A DNA stretch of 64,000 nt from Callorhinchus milii. Its lineage: Eukaryota. Shown piece after piece: positions 61,437 through 64,000 of this stretch (position 1 is the stretch's first letter; each line of letters starts with the position of its first letter). Where the stretch lies: contig NW_024705185.1 in the NCBI RefSeq assembly GCF_018977255.1, forward strand, positions 1 through 64,000, read 5' to 3'. The position numbers were made by a program, and so were the translations under genes. The notes under the pieces are model-generated. The model ran no database searches and was not told where the DNA came from. It saw only the letters and a list, made by a program, of their open reading frames with translations.

Positions 61437-64000
61437 GTCATGTTTTGCAGAGGGTTAAATACTTATTTCCCTCATTAAAATGCAAATCAATTTATAACAT
61501 TTTTGACATGCGTTTTTCTGGATTTTTTGTTGTTACTCTGTCTCTCACTGTTCAAATAAACCTTCCATTAAAATTATAGACTGATCATTTCTTTGTCAGT
61601 GGGCAAACGTACAAAATCAGCAGGGGATCAAATACTTTTTCCTTCACTATATTCTGGCAATCGAGTTATGTGCCCTGACCATCTCCACTGAGAGGAGGTA
61701 ACTATTGCTTCTATACTGAGAAATCCAGCTCTCGCCAGCACCTTGATACGTTGCATTTGGTCTTGCGTACTTGGTCCTCATTATTTATTTCAAATATCTT
61801 AGGTGTAGGCTCGCAGTTTTTTCACGTGTCGTCTGCAAAGTGTCAGCATATCTACAGAGTAAAGTAGTGAAGGAATTACCACTTCAGTTTAACACGTAGG
61901 CTTTCGCGACCAATATTATTCATAATCAATGTTTTTGGGTTAGATCGCGTTATTTATAAATGTGTCGTAACCCTCCACCACCCGACATGGCCAATCAGCA
62001 AAAAAGTTTCACGTTGACAAAAGCCAAATAGTTCACTACTTTAGCTCACTGGTGTGTTGAAGCGTGAAACCACAACATTTACAATTTGAGTGATTTCATG
62101 CTTCCGTGTATCTTACCGCATGTTTGAAGGCCTGTTGGCTTCCGCTTGTCAGCCAGGTTTTAAAATGAACGAGCTTTCTTTACCCACCTTTTCTAGGGGC
62201 TCCACCCTTAAGGAAAGACTGCTGCCTCAAACTTTTGTCACAATCAACGAGTCTGTGACCATCACGTCTGATCCACCTGTGTACAGATGTTTTGTTAACA
62301 GAGTCTAGCTTCTCAAGCCTGTTGTTACCATATCCAATTCTATGGTCATGGGACGTTTTCTGCTTACCACGCCTTGCATGGTGGTTAAGATAAGCTGCTT
62401 TTATGCCCCCAGGTGCCCTCTCTTTGGTCTCATGTATTCTGGTCCAGTGGTACACAAAGAGTAAAATTACTGGGAATCCATGAGTTGCCCCAGAGTAGCC
62501 ACTAACTGGCCTTGGTGCTGACATCTGTCTACTCCATTGGTCGTGTTCTTCTGCATGCCATCCAAATGTCACGACATTAACCTAAATGGTCATCTGCTGG
62601 AATAATCAACCAGTGCCCTGCTGCCAACGCCGATGCCTTTGCCGTGACCCTGGCTGGGGGGCGAAGCAGGTGCAGGACCTTTCCCAAGGGCTGCCTGCGA
62701 GCTAGAGTGACGAAGGGGTGCTCTAATGTCCCATTCATAAGTCATCGCCTACGCTGCTGCCTGATCTCTGTGTATACGTCGCCCGACAGAGTTATCCCTA
62801 GCATTATGGTGGCAATCAACAAGGGGTACACGTGTAGTGTTGTCCTGTGTCACTTTATTTACCTTGCATCCAGTGTGGATGCTCCTCACTTTACACTAAA
62901 CACACACCCTTTGTTCCGAACTTCCCGACTTCCCCCTACTCACCTCCGCGCACCCCGTGCGCAGTAACAACTCTGTCTCCCCCACTATACTCTGCTCTAC
63001 CCTCACCCTCTCGCTATACTCCCCTCTCTCTCTTCTATCCTCCGCTATACCCTGCTCTCTCTTGTGGGGGCCGTTGGCCCCCGGGTCTCTCCCGCCTGCA
63101 TCCCCTATTTCGTTTACGTTACCCCACCTCCTATTACCCGCTACGGTTTCGCCGGCATTCGAACGCGACGCCCGTACTGTTACAGCCTCGCGCTGCGCTC
63201 CCACGCTGCGAGCATACGTGCGTACAGCATCATCAATCAAACGCTACACTCCCCCTCTTTACACCGCTACATGCAGTTCTCGCACACTGCGAGCGTGTGC
63301 CCGTCTATAGCCCTGTGCGGCACTCGCCTCCACGTCGAATAACCCGTAACGGACGTATGCGCACTCACGCACACAGCTCCCCGCGGCACTCACTCACCAC
63401 TGAATACTCGCGTTATGATCGCGCACCTGTATCACACACGGGGTGAACACACGCGACACCCACTCTTGCGCCGCTCTGCGCAGCGCTCGCCGCCTGCTGG
63501 CCGCTCACGTTATGATCGCGCACCTGGGGTACGCCGATTACGCACGCCGCGAGCTTACGCATACACAGTACCACCCGCGTTCACACTTATAATACGAGAT
63601 CACACGAGGCCACGATCAGCTGTTAATGATTTATTGTCTGCTACCCGGGACTGGTTGTTGAGTCAGTATGAATCGACGAGGCTGCCTACTCTACCATCCC
63701 GGACCTATTCCCTATTTATCGTTCACGAAATACTTTTACCTCCTTACTCACGGTTTGAGGCACTCGACGTTCCGTGGATTTTCCTCGCTGCTTGCCTCGA
63801 CACGTCGCACGGACGTCCGGAGGGCAGAGCTGGGGCCGTCTTGGACGCTGGCTTCTCGGAGTAAGCGAGAGCTCTACCTCGCTATACTCCCTTTTATCCT
63901 AATTCCCCGGACTCAGGCCCCTACCACCTTCCCACGTACCGTGGGCCTTCGATATGCTAATCGGATGTTCCGCAAGTTAATTCCTTTCTCACGCATGCCT

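Larger units (their letters stand above)
53336..61649 (+). mobile_element. Tc1 DNA transposon with long (~200 bp) TIRs, interrupted by Gypsy copy B
   Basis: TA flanks (53334-53335, 61650-61651). Left arm ~53336-53505 is the reverse complement of ~61455-61649, with a small deletion. Sequence is continuous across the Gypsy TSD. Confidence 0.93.

Overview
Eukaryotic, repeat-rich vertebrate-type genomic DNA, probably a lamprey or other fish-like vertebrate (inference only). It contains three intron-containing host genes: the 5' five coding exons of MUS81 (- strand, running off the left edge); a 14-coding-exon SLC37A3-like sugar-phosphate exchanger (-); and the last four exons of a guanylate-binding protein (GBP) gene (+), ending in a CaaX box, with no GTPase exons found. 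Mobile elements include two full-length young Ty3/Gypsy LTR retrotransposons of one family (one antisense in a GBP intron, one inserted directly before the TATA box of a Tc1 transposon), three Penelope-like (RT/GIY-YIG) fragments with inversions, and many short TSD-flanked fold-back Penelope derivatives. Several Penelope derivatives carry minimal hammerhead ribozyme motifs: one intact copy is sense in an SLC37A3 intron and one core-mutated copy is sense about 25 nt after the GBP stop codon. Also present: Helentron-like (HINE) elements, hAT and Harbinger MITEs, a 5S-derived SINE, and a 52-bp minisatellite in a probable solo LTR. Single-base homopolymer deletions break several ORFs and look like assembly errors. 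All coordinates were read by eye.
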